From Convolutriloba macropyga (lineage: Eukaryota): a stretch of 64,000 bases of DNA. The notes below the pieces were generated by a model, which saw nothing but the letters and a program-made list of their open reading frames with translations, was not told the origin of the DNA and did not search any database. Where the stretch lies: contig NC_134474.1 in NCBI RefSeq assembly GCF_964194025.1, positions 37,262,001 to 37,326,000 on the forward strand. Direction: 5' to 3'. Both the position numbers and the translations under genes were made by a program. Position 1 is the first letter of the stretch; each line of letters begins with the position of its first letter. Shown here one piece after another: positions 25,360 through 40,378 of this stretch.

Positions 25360-28300
25360 ACACAAGTATAAATTAAGCGCACACAAGAAAAGAGCAAGAC
25401 TGTAAGATTACAAAGATAGATCCAAAGACAATATAAAACATGAACTGCTTTAACTCAGCCTTAGTTAGCCAAATTGTTTTTCATGGCAGCCGAGCATTAT
25501 AACTCAGAAGAATGTTCAAAATAATCGCAGAAACATGAATTGATTTTCAGTTACACTGCATTCACAAGAAACAAATTCGTTTACAAACAAATTTGGTTTC
25601 ACACATCCGACAGGGATAACTAACGAAGGGACCAGGTCAAATCAGCAAAATAACGGTGTCATCATTAGAATTACAATACAATCGATTTACAGCCCAGCTT
25701 TAGAATTTCACAAAGTCATTGAAAATTAAAGACTCAATTGAAAAGAAGTCCCGAAACATCAACTGAAACTAGGATTCAAACAATAACACATCGTTCGAAA
25801 AATATACAACTACAACTAAGTTCGAGAAATTTAAGTCATACGAATCACAACAATAGAAAACAAATTGAACATTAGAAGGTTTAGATAGCGTCACCAAAGC
25901 CAAAAAATAGGAGAAATACCACCAGAACATATTCCTGTCGAACAGAATTATGACGAAAAACAGCTCGTCTAACGAAGTGAAGTTAGAAGTACAACCACAA
26001 CCTAACCATTGATTATATAATAGACCATAAACAACAGCTTTCATACGGCAATTCAGTTTACATTTGAAAACATCATTGAAAATCTGAAGAGGTGACAGAT
26101 ATTATCACGGCAAAGTTTTGACAAATTTGGAAAAGAAGGAGCAACAAACAATGAGAACAAAAACTCAAATTCAGATAAATTTAAAGCGTCATTGTCATTC
26201 AGAAGACCGTCGAGAATCATCACACACAAGTACAAAATAAGCGCACACAAGAAAAGAGGGCAAGACTGTAAGATTAAAAAGATAAATCTGAAGGCAATAA
26301 AAAACATGAACTGCTTTAACTCAGCCTAAGTTAGCCAAACTCTTTTTCACGGCAGCCGAGCATTATAACTCAGAAGAATGTTCAAAATAATTGCAGATAC
26401 TAAAATTGATTTTCAGTTACACTGCATTCAGCAGAAACAAATTCGTTTACAAATAAATTTAGGTTCACACATCAGACAGGGATAACTAACAAAGGGATCA
26501 GGTCAAATCAACAAAATAACAGTGTCATCATTAGAATTACAACACAATCGATTTACAGCTCAGCATGAGAATCTCACAAAGTCATTAAAAGTTCAAAAAA
26601 AATCAATTGCAAAAATGCCCTGAAACATCAACTGAAACTAGGATTCAAACCATAACACTTCGTTCGAGAAATATACAACCACAACTAAGTTAGAGAAATT
26701 TAACTCATACGAATCACAACAAAAGAAAACAAATTAATCATTAGAAGGTTTAGATAGCGTCACCAAAGCCGAAAAAATAGGAGAAATACCCCCAGAACAT
26801 ATTCCTGTCGAACAAAATTATGACGAAAAACAGCTCGTCTAACGAAGTGAAGTTAGAAGCACAACAACAACCTACCAATTGATTATATAATAGACCATGA
26901 ACAACAATTCTAATACGGCAATTCAGTTTAGATTTGAAAACATCATTGAAAATCTGAAGAGGTGTCAGATAACATCACGGCAAAGTTCTGTTAAATGAGG
27001 GAGCAACGAACACTGAGAACAAAAACAACACTGAGATTTTCAGATAATTTTAAAGCGTCATTGTCAGTCAGAAGACCGTCGAGAATCATCACACACAAGT
27101 ATAAATTAAGCGCACACAAGAAAAAAAGAGCAAGACTGTAAGATTACAAAGATAAATCGGACGGCAATATAAAACATGCACTGCTTTAACTGGGCCTAAG
27201 TTAGCCAAACTGTTTTTCAAGGCAGCCGAGCATTATCACTTAGAAGAATGTTCAAAAAATAATCGCAGATACTAGAATTGGTTTTCAGTTACACTGCATT
27301 CAGCAGAAACAAACTCGTTTACAAACAAAATTGGGTTCACACATCAGACAGGGATAACTAACAAAGGGATCAGGTCAAATCAACAAAATAACAGTGTCAT
27401 CATTAGAATTACAACACAATCGATTTACAGCTCAGCATGAGAATCTCACAAAGTCATTGAAAGTTAAAAAACTCAATTGCAAAAATGCCCTGAAACATCA
27501 ACTGAAACTAGGATTCAAACCATAACACTTCGTTCGAGAAATATACAACCACAACTAAGTTAGAGAAATTTAACTCATACGAATCACAACAAAAGAAAAC
27601 AAATTAATCATTAGAAGGTTTAGATAGCGTCACCAAAGCCAAAAAATAGGAGAAATACCACCAGAACATATTCCTGTCGAACAGAATTATGACGAAAAAC
27701 AGCTCGTCTAACGAAGTGAAGTTAGAAGCACAACCACAACCTACCAATTGATTATATAATAGACCATGAAGAACAATTCTCATAGGTCAATTCAGTTTAG
27801 ATTTGAAAACATCATTGAAAATCTAAAGAGGTGTCAGATAACATCACGGCAAAGTTCTGGAAAATGAGGGAGCAACGAACACTGAGAACAAAAACTTAAA
27901 TTCAAATAATTTTAAAGCGTCATTGTCAGTCAGAAGACCGTCGAGAATCATCACACACAAGTATAAATTAAGCGCACACAAGAAAAAAGAGCAAGACTGT
28001 AAGATTACAAAGATAAATCGGACGGCAATATAAAACATGCACTGCTTTAACTGGGCCTAAGTTAGCCAAACTGTTTTTCAAGGCAGCCGAGCATTATAAC
28101 TTAGAAGAATGTTCAAAAAAAATAATCGCAGATACTAGAATTGATTTTCAGTTACACTGCATTCAGCAGAAACAAACTCGTTTACAAACAAAATTGGGTT
28201 CACACATCAGATAGGGATAACTAACGAAGGGATCAGGTCAAATCAACAAAAAAACACATTCATTATTAGAATTACAACACAATCAATTTACAGCCCAGCT

Positions 28301-31300
28301 TGAGAAATTCAAAGACAATCAAAATTAAAAATTTCAATTGAAAAAATGTCTTGAAACATCAACTGAAACTAGGATTCAAACCATAACACTCCGTTCGAGA
28401 AATATACAACCACAACTAAGTTCGAGAAAATTAACTCATACGAATCACAAGCATAGAAAACAATTTGATCATTAGAAATTTTAGATAGCGCCACCAAACC
28501 CGAAAAGATGTGAGAAATAATACCAGAACATATTCCTGTCGCACAAGCATTATGACGAAAAACAGCTCGTCTGACGAAGTGCAGCTAGAAGCACGGCCAC
28601 AACCTACCAATTGATTATATAATAGACCATGAACAACAATTCTCATAGGGCAATTCAGTTTAGATTTGAAAACATCATTGAAAATCTGAAGAGGTGTCAG
28701 ATAACATCACGGCAAAGTTCTGGAAAATGAGGGAGCAACGAACACTGAGAACAAAAACTTATATTCAGATAAATTTAAAGCATCATTGTCAGTCAGAAGA
28801 CCGTCGAGAATCATCACACACAAGTACAAATTAAGCGCACACAAGAAAAGAGAGCAAGACTGTAAGATTACAAAGATAGATCCAAAGACAATATAAAACA
28901 TGAACTGCTTTAACTCAGCCTAAGTTAGCCAAATTGTTTTTCATGGCAGCCGAGCATTATAACTCAGAAGAATGTTCAAAATAATCGCAGATACTAGAAT
29001 TGATTTTCAGTTACACTGCATTCAGAAGAAACAAATTCGTTTACAAACAAATTTTGTTTCACACATCAGACAGGGATAACTAACGAAGGGATCAGGTCAA
29101 ATCAACAAAAAAACACACTCATTATTAGAATTACAACACAATCAATTTACAGCCCAGCTTGAGAAATTCAAAGACAATCAAAATTAAAAAATTCAACTGA
29201 AAAAATGTCTTGAAACATCAACTGAAACTAGGATTCAAACCAAAACACTTCGTTCGAGAAATATACAACCACAACTAAGTTCGAGAAATTTAACTCACAC
29301 GAATCAAAGCAAAAGAAAACAAATTGATCATTAGAATGTTTAGATAGCGTCACCAAATCCGAAAAGTTGTGAGAAATACAACCAGAATATATTCCTGTCG
29401 AAAAACTATTATGACGAAAAACAGCTCGTCTAACGAAGTGAAGTTAGAAGCACAACCACAACCTACCAATTGATTATATAATAGACCATGAACAACAATT
29501 CTCATACGGCAATTCCGTTTAGATTTGAAAACATCATTGAAAATCCGAAGAGGTGTCAGATAACATCACGGCAAAGTTCTGGAAAATGAGGGAGCAACGA
29601 ACACGGAGAACAAAAACTTAAATTCAAATAATTTTAAAGCGTCATTGTCAGTCAGAAGACCGTCGACAATAATCACACAGAAGTACAAATTAAGCGCACA
29701 CAAGAAAAGAGAGCAAGACTGTAAGATTACAAAGATAGATCTGAAGGCAATATAAAACATGAACTTCTTTAACTCAGCCTAAGTTAGCCAAACTGTTTTA
29801 CATGGCAGCCGAGCATTATAACTTAGAATGTTCAAAATAATCGCAGATACTAGAATTAATTTTTAGTTACACTGCATTCACCAGAACAAATTCGTTTACA
29901 AACAAATTTGAGTTCACCACATCAGATAGGGATAACTAACGAAGGGATCAGGTCAAATGAACAAAATAACAGTGTCTTCATTAGACTTACAACACAATCG
30001 ATTTACAGCCCAGCTTGAGAAATTCAAAGAAATTCAAAATTAAAACCTTCAATTGAAAAAATATGTCTTGAAACATCAACAGAAACTAGGATTCAAACCA
30101 TAACACTTCGTACGAGAAAAATACAATCACAACTAAGTTCGAGAAATTTAACTGACACGAATCACAGCAAAAGAAAACAAATTGATCATTAGAAGGTTTA
30201 GATAGCGTCACCAAAACCGAAAAGTTGTGAGAAATACCACCAGAACATATTCCTGTCGAACAAGTATTATGACGAAAAACAGCTCGTCTAACGAAGTGAA
30301 GTTAGAAGCACATCCACAACCTACCAATTGATTATATAATAGACCATGAACAACAATTCTCATACGGCAATTCAGTTTAGATTTGAAAACATCATTGAAA
30401 ATCTGAAGAGGTGTCAGATAACATTACGGCAGAGTTCTGGAAAATGAGAGAGCAACGAACACGGAGAACAAAAACTTAAATTCAAATAATTTTAAAGCGT
30501 CTTTGTCAGTCAGAAGACCGTCGACAATCATCACACAGAAGTACAAATTAAGCGCACACAAGAAAAGAGAGCAAGACTGTAAGATTACAAAGATAGATCT
30601 GAAGGCAATATAAAATATGAACTTCTTTAACTCAGCCTAAGTTAGCCAAACTGTTTTACATGGCAGCCGAGCATTATAACTTAGAATGTTCAAAATAATC
30701 GCAGATACTAGAACTGATTTTTAGTTACACTGCATTCACCAGACCAAATTTGTTTACAAACAAATTTGAGCTCACCACACATCAGACAGGGATAACTAAC
30801 GAAGGGATCAGGTCAAATGAACAAAATAACAGTGTCATCATTAGAATTACAACACAATCGATTTACAGCCCAGCTTGAGAAATTCAAAGACATTCAAAAT
30901 TAAAACCTTCAATTGAAAAAATGTCTTGAAACATCAACTGAAACTAGGATTCAAACCAAAAACACTGCGTTCGAGAAATATACAACCACAACTAAGTTCG
31001 AGAAATTTAACTCACACGAATCACAGCAAAAGAAAACAAATTGATCATTAGAAGGTTTAGATAGCGTCACCAAATCCGAAAAGTTGTGAGAAATACCACC
31101 AGAACATTTTACTGTCAAACAAGTATTATGACGAAAAACTTTTGGCCTAACGAAGTGAAGCTAGAAGCACAACCACAACCTACCAATTGATTATATAATA
31201 GACCATGAACAACAATTCTCATACGGCAATTCAGTTTAGATTTGAAAACATCATTGAAAATCTGAAGAGGTGTCAGATAACATTACGGCAGAGTTCTGGA

Positions 31301-34300
31301 AAATGAGAGAGCAACGAACACGGAGAACAAAAACTTAAATTCAAATAATTTTAAAGCGTCTTTGTCAGTCAGAAGACCGTCGACAATCATCACACAGAAG
31401 TACAAATTAAGCGCACACAAGAAAAGAGAGCAAGACTGTAAGATTACAAAGATAGATCTGAAGGCAATATAAAATATGAACTTCTTTAACTCAGCCTAAG
31501 TTAGCCAAACTGTTTTACATGGCAGCCGAGCATTATAACTTGAATGTTCAAAATAATCGCAGATACTAGAACTAATTTTTAGTTACACTGCATTCACCAG
31601 ACCAAATTCGTTTACAAACAAATTTGAGCTCACCACACATCAGACAGGGATAACTAAGGAAGGGATCAGGTCAAATGAACAAAATAACAGTGTCATCATT
31701 AGAATTACAACACAATCGATTTACAGCCCAGCTTGAGAAATTCAAAGACATTCAAAATTAAAACCTTCAATTGAAAAAATGTCTTGAAACATCAACTGAA
31801 ACTAGGATTCAAACCAAAAACACTGCGTTCGAGAAATATACAACCACAACTAAGTTCGAGAAATTTAACTCACACGAATCACAGCAAAAGAAAACAAATT
31901 GATCATTAGAAGGTTTAGATAGCGTCACCAAATCCGAAAAGTTGTGAGAAATACCACCAGAACATTTTACTGTCAAACAAGTATTATGACGAAAAACATT
32001 TCGCCTAACGAAGTGAAGCTAGAAGCACAACCACAACCTAACCATTAATTATACAATAGACCATGAACAACAATTTTCGTACGGCAATTTTCCGTTTACA
32101 TTTGAAATTATCATCAAAAATCTGAAGAGGTGTCAGATATCACGGCAATATTTTGGCAAATTTAGAAAAAAAAGGAGCAACAAACAATGCGAACAAAACT
32201 CAAATTCAGAAAATTTTAAGGCGTCACTGTCAGTCAGAAGACCGTCGAGAGTCATCACACAAACAAGTACAAGTTGAACGCCACAAGAAAAGAGCAACAC
32301 TTTAACATTACAAAGATAAATCTTATGGCAAAATAAAACATTATCTGCTTTAACTCAACCTAAGTTAGCCAAACTGTTTTTCATGGCAGCCGAGCATTAT
32401 AACTTAGAAGAATGTTCAAAATAATCGCAGATACTAGAAATGATTTTCAGTTACACTGCATTCACCAGAACAAATTCGTTTACAAACAAATTTGGGTTCA
32501 CATATCAGACAGGGATAACTAACGAAGGGATCAGGTCAAATCAACAGAACAACATGTTCATCACTAGAATTACAACACAATCGATTTACAGCCCAGCTTG
32601 AGAAATTCAAAGACATCCAAAATTAAAAACTTCAATTGAAAAAATGTCTTGAAACATCAACAGAAACTAGGATTCAAACCAAAACACTTCGTTCGAGAAA
32701 AATACAATCACAACTAAGTTCGAAAAATTTAACTGACACGAATCACAGCAAAAGAAAACAAATTGATCATTAGAAGGTTTACATAGCGTCACCAAAACCG
32801 AAAAGTTGTGAGAAATACCACCAGAACATATTCCTGTCGAACAAGTATTATGACGAAAAACAGCTCGTCTAACGAAGTGAAGTTAGAAGCACAACCACAA
32901 CCTACCAATTGATTATATAATAGACCATGAAAACAATTCTCATAGGTCAATTCAGTTTAGATTTGAAAACATCATTGAAAATCTAAAGAGGTGTCAGATA
33001 ACATCACGGCAAAGTTCTGGAAAATGAGGGAGCAACGAACACTGAGAACAAAAATTTAAATTCAGATAAATTTAAAGCGTCATTGTCAGTCAGAAGACCG
33101 TCGAGAATCATCACACAGAAGTACAAATTAAGCGCACACAAGAAAAGAGCAAGACTGAAGATTACAAAGATAGATCTGAAGGCAATATAAAACATGAACT
33201 GCTTAAACTCAGCCTAAGTTCGCCAAACTGTTTTTCATGGCAGCCGAGCATTATAACTTAGAAGAATGTTCAAAATAATCGCAGATACTAGAAATGATTT
33301 TCAGTTACACTGCATTCACCAGAACAAATTCGTTTACAAACAAATTTGGGTTCACATATCAGACAGGGATAACTAACGAAGGGATCAGGTCAAAACAACA
33401 GAACAACATGTTCATCACTAGAATTACAACACAATCGATTTACAGCCCAGCTTGAGAAATTCAAAGACATCCAAAATTAAAAACTTCAATTGAAAAAATG
33501 TCTTGAAACATCAACAGAAACTAGGATTCAAACCAAAACACTTCGTTCGAGAAAAATACAATCACAACTAAGTTCGAAAAATTTAACTGACACGAATCAC
33601 AGCAAAAGAAAACAAATTGATCATTAGAAGGTTTACATAGCGTCACCAAAACCGAAAAGTTGTGAGAAATACCACCAGAACATATTCCTGTCGAACAAGT
33701 ATTATGACGAAAAACAGCTCGTCTAACGAAGTGAAGTTAGAAGCACAACCACAACCTACCAATTGATTATATAATAGACCATGAAGAACAATTCTCATAG
33801 GTCAATTCAGTTTAGATTTGAAAACATCATTGAAAATCTAAAGAGGTGTCAGATAACATCACGGCAAAGTTCTGGAAAATGAGGGAGCAACGAACACTGA
33901 GAACAAAAATTTAAATTCAGATAAATTTAAAGCGTCATTGTCAGTCAGAAGACCGTCGAGAATCATCACACACAAGTACAAATTAAGCGCACACAAGAAA
34001 AGAGAGCAAGACTGTAAGATTACAAAGATAGATCCAAAGACAATATAAAACATGAACTGCTTTAACTCAGCCTAAGTTAGCCAAATTGTTTTTCATGGCA
34101 GCCGAGCATTATAACTCAGAAGAATGTTCAAAATAATCGCAGATACTAGAATTGATTTTCAGTTACACTGCATTCAGAAGAAACAAATTCGTTTACAGAC
34201 AAATTTGAGTTCACCACACATCAGACAGGGATAACTAACGAAGGGATCACGTCAAATCAACAAAATAACAGTGTCATCATTAGAATTACAACACAATCGA

Positions 34301-37300
34301 TTTACAGACCAGCTTGAGAATCTCAGAAAGTCATTAAAAGTTAAAACTCAATTGAAAAAATGTCCTGAAACATCAACTGAAACTAGGATTCAAACCATAA
34401 CACTCCGTTCCAGAAATATACAACCACAAATAAGTTCGAGAAATTTAACTCACACGATTCACAGCAAAAGAAAACAAATTGATCATTAAAAGGTTTAGAT
34501 AGCGTCACCAAATCCGAAAAGTTGTGAGAAATACCACCAGAACATTTTACTGTCAAACAAGTATTATGACGAAAAACATTTCGCCTAACGAAGTGAAGCT
34601 AGAAGCACAACCACAACATAACCATTAATTATATAATAGACCATGAACAACAATTTTCGTACGGCAATTTTCAGTTTACATTTGAAAACATCATCAAAAA
34701 TCTGAAGAGGTGTCAGATATCACGGCAATATTTTGGCAAATTTAGAAAAAAAAGAGCAACAAACAATGCGAACAAAACTCAAATTCAGAAAATTTTAAAG
34801 CGTCACTGTCAGTCAGAAGACCGTCGAGAGTCATCACAAACAAGTACAAGTTGAACGCCACAAGAAAAGAGCAACACTTTAACAATAAAGATAAATCTTA
34901 TGGCAAAACAAAACATTATCTGCTTTAACTCGGCCTAAGTTAGCCAAACTGTTTTTCATGGCAGCCGAGCATTATAACTTAGAAGAATGTTCAAAATAAT
35001 CGCAGATACTAGAATTGATTTTCAGTTACACTGCATTCACCAGAACAAATTTGTTTACATACAAATTTGAGTTCACCACACATCAGACAAGGGATAACTA
35101 ACGAAGGGATCAGGTCAAATCAACAAAATAACAGTGTCATCATTAGAATTACAACACAATCGATTTACAGCCCAGCTTGAGAAATTCAAAGACATTCAAA
35201 ATTAAAAACTTCAATTGAAAAAATGTCTTGAAACATCAACTGAAATTAGGATTCAAACCAAAAACACTTCGTTCGAGAAATATACAACCACAACTAAGTT
35301 CGAGAAATTCAACTCACACGAATCACAGCAAAAGAAAACAAATTGATCATTAGAAGGTTTAGATAGCATCACCAAATCCGAAAAGTTGTGAGAAATACCA
35401 CCAGAACATTTTACTGTCAAACAAGTATTATGACGAAAAACATTTCGCCTAACGAAGTGAAGCTAGAAGCACAACCACAACCTAACCATTAATTATATAA
35501 TAGACCATGAACAACAATTTTCGTACGGCAATTTTCCATTTACATTTGAAATCATCAAAAATCTGAAGAGGTGTCAGATATCACGGCAATATTTTGGCAA
35601 ATTTAGAAAAAAAGGAGCCACAAACAATGCGAACAAAACTCAAATTCAGAAAATTTTAAGGCGTCACTGTCAGTCAGAAGACCGTCGAGAGTCATCACAC
35701 AAACAAGTACAAGTTGAACGCCACAAGAAAAAAGCAACACTTTAACATTACAAAGATAAATCTTATGGCAAAATAAAACATTATCTGCTTTAACTCAGCT
35801 TAAGTCAGCCAAACTGTTTTTCATGGCAGCCGAGCATTAGAACTGAAGAATGTTCAAAATAATCGCAGAAACTAGAATTTATTTTCAGTTATACTGCATT
35901 CACCAGAAACAAATTCGTTTACAGACAAATTTGAGTTCACCACACATCAGACAGGGATAACTAACGAAGGGATCACGTCAAATCAACAAAATAACAGTGT
36001 CATCATTAGAATTACAACACAATCGATTTACAGCCCCGCTTGAGAATCTCACAAAGTCATTGAAAGTTAAAAACTCAATTGAAAAAATGTCCCGAAACAT
36101 CAACTGAAACTAGGATTCAAACCATAACACTCCGTTCGAGAAATATACAACCACAACTAAGTTCGAGAAATTTAACTCATACGAATGACAACAATAGAAA
36201 ACAATTTGATCATTAGAAATTTTAGATAGCGTCACCAAATCCGAAAAGTTGTGATTTTCCTGTCGAACAACTATTATGACGAAAAACAATTCGTTTGACG
36301 AAGTGCAGCTAGAAGCACGGCCACAACCTACCAATTGATTACATAATAGACCATGAACAACAATTCTCATAGGGCAATTCAGTTTAGATTTGAAAACATC
36401 ATTGAAAATCTGAAGAGGTGAAGAGGTGTCAGATTACATCACGGCAAAGTTCTGGAAATGAGGGAGCAACGAACACTGAGAACAATAACTTAAATTCAGA
36501 TAAATTTAAAGCGTCATTGTCAGTCAGAAGACCGTCGAGAATCATCACACACAAGTACAAATTAAGCGCACACAAGAAAAGAGAGCAAGACTGTAAGATT
36601 ACAAAGATAGATCTGAAGGCAAAATAAAACATGAACTGCTTTAACTCAGCCTCAGTTAGCCAAACTGTTTTTCATGGCAGCCGAGCATTATAACTTAGAA
36701 GAATGTTCAAAATAATCGCAGATACTAGAATTGATTTTCAGTTACACTGCATTCACCAGAACAATTTCGTTTACAAACAAATTTGAGTTCACCACAGAAC
36801 AGACAGGGATAACTAACGAAGGGATCGGGTCAAATCAACAAAATAACAGTGTCATCATTAGAATTACAACACAATCGATTTACAGACAAGCTTGAGAATC
36901 TCAGAAAGTCATTAAAAGTTAAAACTCAATTGAAAAAATGTCCTGAAACATCAACTGAAACTAGGATTCAAACCATAACACTCCGTTCGAGAAATATACA
37001 ACCACAACTAAGTTCGAGAAATTTAACTCATACGAATCACAACAATAGAAAACAAATTGATCATTAGAAATTTTAGATAGCGTCACCAAATCCGAAAGTT
37101 GTAGGAAATACCACCAGAAAAAGTTCCTAACGAACAAGTATTATGACGAAAAACAGCTCGTCTAACGAAGTGCAGCTAGAAGCACGAGCCCAACCTAAAA
37201 ATTGATTTTACAGCAGACCGTAAACAACAATTTTCAAACGGCAATTCAGTTTACATTTGGAAACATTATTGAAAATCTGAAGAGGTGTCAGATAACATTA

Positions 37301-39259
37301 CGGCAAAGTTTTGGCAAATTTGGAAAAGAAGGAAAAACGAACACTGAGAACAAAAAGTCAAATTCAGACAAATTTAAAGCGCCATTGTCAGTCAGAAGAC
37401 CGTCGAGAGTCATCACAAACAAGTACAAATTAAATGCACACAAGAAACGAGCAAGACTAACATTAAAAAGATAAATCTTATGGCAATATAAAAAATGAAC
37501 TGCTTTAACTCAGCCTAAGTTAGCCAAATTGTTTTTCATGGCAGCCGAGCATTGTAACTTAGAAGAATGTTCAAAACAATCGCAGATACTAGAATTGATT
37601 TTCAGTTACACTGCATTCACCAGAAACAAATTCGTTTACGAACAAATTCGGGTTCACACATCAGACAGGGATAACTAACGAAGGGATCAGGTCAAATCAA
37701 CAAAACAACATATTCATCATTAGAATTACAACACAATCGATTTACAGCCCAGCTTGAGAAATTCAAACCAAAACACTTGGTTCGAGAAATATACAACCAC
37801 AACTAAGTTCGAGAAATTTAACTCACACGAATCACAGCAAAAGAAAACAAATTGATCATTAGAAGGTTTAGATAGCGTCACCAAATCCGAAAAGTTGTGA
37901 GAAATACAACCAGAACATTTTCCTGTCGAACATGTATTATGACGAAAAATAGTTTGTCTAACGAAATGCAGCTAGAAGCACAACCCCAAACTAAAAATTG
38001 ATTTTAAAATAGAACATGAACAACAATTTTCATATCGCAATTCAGTTTACATTGGTAAACATCATTGAAAATCTGAAGAGGTGTCAGATAACATCACGGC
38101 AATATATTGGCACATTTGGGAAAAAAAGGAGCAACGAGCAATGAGAACAAAAATAGAGTACCAATTAAAAGCACACTAAAAAATATAGCAAGACTGTAAG
38201 ATTAAAAAGATAAACCTGATGGCAATATAACACACGAACTGCTGTAATTCAGCCTAAGTTAGCCAAACTGTTTTTCATGGCAGCCGATCATTAGAACTTA
38301 AAAGAATGTTCAAAAAAATCGCAGATACCTAATTCATTTTCAGTTACACTGCATTCGCCAGAGCAATATCGGACAACAGGTGTCAAAATTTATTACCCCA
38401 AGAAAGGAAAACGTAACCACTGCTAAAGAGATACTGTAACCAAGCATGAGAATTCAACCGTTCTGGAGCCCATTCCGAACAAGAACTACAAGTCTGTTCA
38501 AATCAAAAATCTTCTCTTTCTATCTGAGAGTGATAGCATGGATCTGAAAAGTAAGCAATAGTTCTCGAACAATTTAAAGACCTCAATTCTAATTCTGCTC
38601 ACTCATTTATCAGACAACAGGTCTCAGAACACATCACAAATTTTGATTTTAAATATTAACAGCTCAAAAAACTCAGGCTCTAAATACAGCAGTTTCCAGC
38701 GATCGACAAGCGAAGACATAACTAAGATATCAGTGGCAATTAATTACATCCAGTGTCAACAAAAAGTAAATCGGAGCTGGAACAATTTAAAGTTGCTGAT
38801 CAGTCAGAATGTTTGGAAAATTACATTAAAAATCGTCTTGACATCATAAAGATCAAACAATTATCTCAAATTGTGCATGAAGAGCACATGTGCCGAAAAG
38901 CTTCAGCTTCGATTAAAAAATGAACTAAATTTATCTCCTCTGATCACAAAATGCCAACTAACAGAAGTACCAATAAATCTATGAGATCGAAACACTGAAC
39001 TCAAACACGGCCCAATTTTTCCGTTTCGCGATGTTGTAGATGTGAGGTGTTGGAATATTATATTCAAATTCATATCACGGAGACTCCTTTGTGAGGCAGC
39101 AGCCTATCAGAAAATTTAAAGACATCTTATCCTTAGGATTTGATGCCTGATAACAGTGCGCTCATTTAACTCAAGTCTACCAAGGACTATCACAATGTAA
39201 GAACTTTCCGGGCCCGTGCAGAAATGCACGACTCCCCTTGATGCTATGCAAAAAAAAAC

Positions 39260-39320
39260 TCAGACAGGGATAACTTGTATCAGCAATCAGGTTTAGTCAA
39301 CTGAAATAAGTTGTCATCAT
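39260..39320 (-). ncRNA. Box C/D snoRNA, snR38-type, divergent paralog (second copy at 47654-47714)
   Basis: ATGATGA ... CTGA ttg CTGATA ... AGTTATCCCTGT CTGA. The interior differs from the 860-bp-array type. Confidence 0.8.
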
Positions 39321-39883
39321 TAGAAGAACTCTTTGTTAAACGCAGTCTTAAAAATTAGATGCTAAGTTAATTGGTTGCATATTCAGACAAACTTTTCAGC
39401 ACATTCAATAAAAGAAAGTAGTGGGAAACACATATTCACAACATAAACCACCGCCAGATCAGTTTATATTCAAATTTCTCATAGCTTAAAAATAAAATTC
39501 TGGATGTAAAAAAGCATCGTTCACAATCCAATTTGAGTTCGCAAATCAGACAGGGATAACTAACAAAGTAATCAAGGCAAATCGACAAGGTGATGTGATA
39601 GTGTCACCATTAGAGTTACAAAATCAATTCATACATCTGATGTACCCATAAAAGCATAGAAGCAGGGAGTAAAGGCATACAAGCAGTGTGATAGACAAAA
39701 CCTCAAGTGAACATTATAACAAAAATGGGTAAAAAATTACTGGTTAAACAAGTCTATTAGTGTGTCAACTCAGTAGTACAAAAGTCGATTGTTATCTTCC
39801 AATAACTAGTGAGGTCAGAAAAATATTCGAATTTTCCACAGGATCTGAAAATTAATCAACAGCTTTCAAATAATTTAATGACG

Positions 39884-39938
39884 TCAGTTCTAATTTTGTT
39901 CACTCATTTATCAGACAAGAGGTGTCAGAATACATCAC
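39884..39938 (-). ncRNA. Box C/D snoRNA, Gm2791-type (best-preserved copy)
   Basis: GTGATGT A TTCTGACACCTCTTG T CTGA taa ATGA ... CTGA. Confidence 0.8.
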
Positions 39939-40325
39939 AGAACTTGATTTTAAATTAAACTTAAAAATCCGGATCAAAATACAGCTATCAAACCCATGAA
40001 AATTACATCCTGTGCCAAAAACGAGTAAATCGGAGCAAGAACAATTTAAAGTTAATGATGAGGCCGATTATTTGAAATTTGCAACAATAAAAGAAAACAT
40101 CGCGGCGTCATAACGATCACATAGTTATTGCAAATAATGCATGATGAGCAACTGTTCAGAGAAGCTTGCGCTTCGATTATATATCAGAACTTGACAATTT
40201 CTCTAATCACAATGAAATGACAACGCACAGAAGTAATTATTGAACGCCAAATTAGATAGATGCCTCAAAAAGAAAAAAGCAATGCAGTGCTTCGAACACA
40301 AATTATCACATAAAACTACTACATG

Positions 40326-40378
40326 TCAGAGCTACTCACATCTTCAGGAGAAATCAGAAGACCGTCGTGTGTCATCAA
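40326..40378 (-). ncRNA. Box C/D snoRNA, snR73/U35-type
   Basis: TTGATGA CA CACGACGGTCT T CTGA ... AAGATG ... CTGA. Perfect 11-nt guide to AGACCGUCGUG. Confidence 0.75.

Larger units (their letters stand above)
18890..38360 (-). repeat. Tandem array, ~860-bp unit x~22; each unit is a three-snoRNA cluster (snR38-, snR73/U35- and U60-type)
   Basis: The landmark TCAGACAGGGATAACT (with variants) recurs 21 times from 20474 to 37661, mean spacing ~859 bp. Partial or chimeric units occur at both ends. Confidence 0.95.

Noticed and set aside
34355-34440. tRNA-like (GGTTTGAATCC) or H/ACA-like hairpin ending ACATTT in the 860-bp unit
   Set aside because: No convincing cloverleaf or box H, ACA is not retained in many copies, and no rRNA target was identified.
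20474-37680. rDNA fragments or I-SceI-like homing endonuclease sites (AGGGATAAC)
   Set aside because: rRNA identity is limited to 11-15 nt words abutting box D/D' complements, and the full I-SceI site TAGGGATAACAGGGTAAT is absent. A snoRNA guide explains the pattern better.
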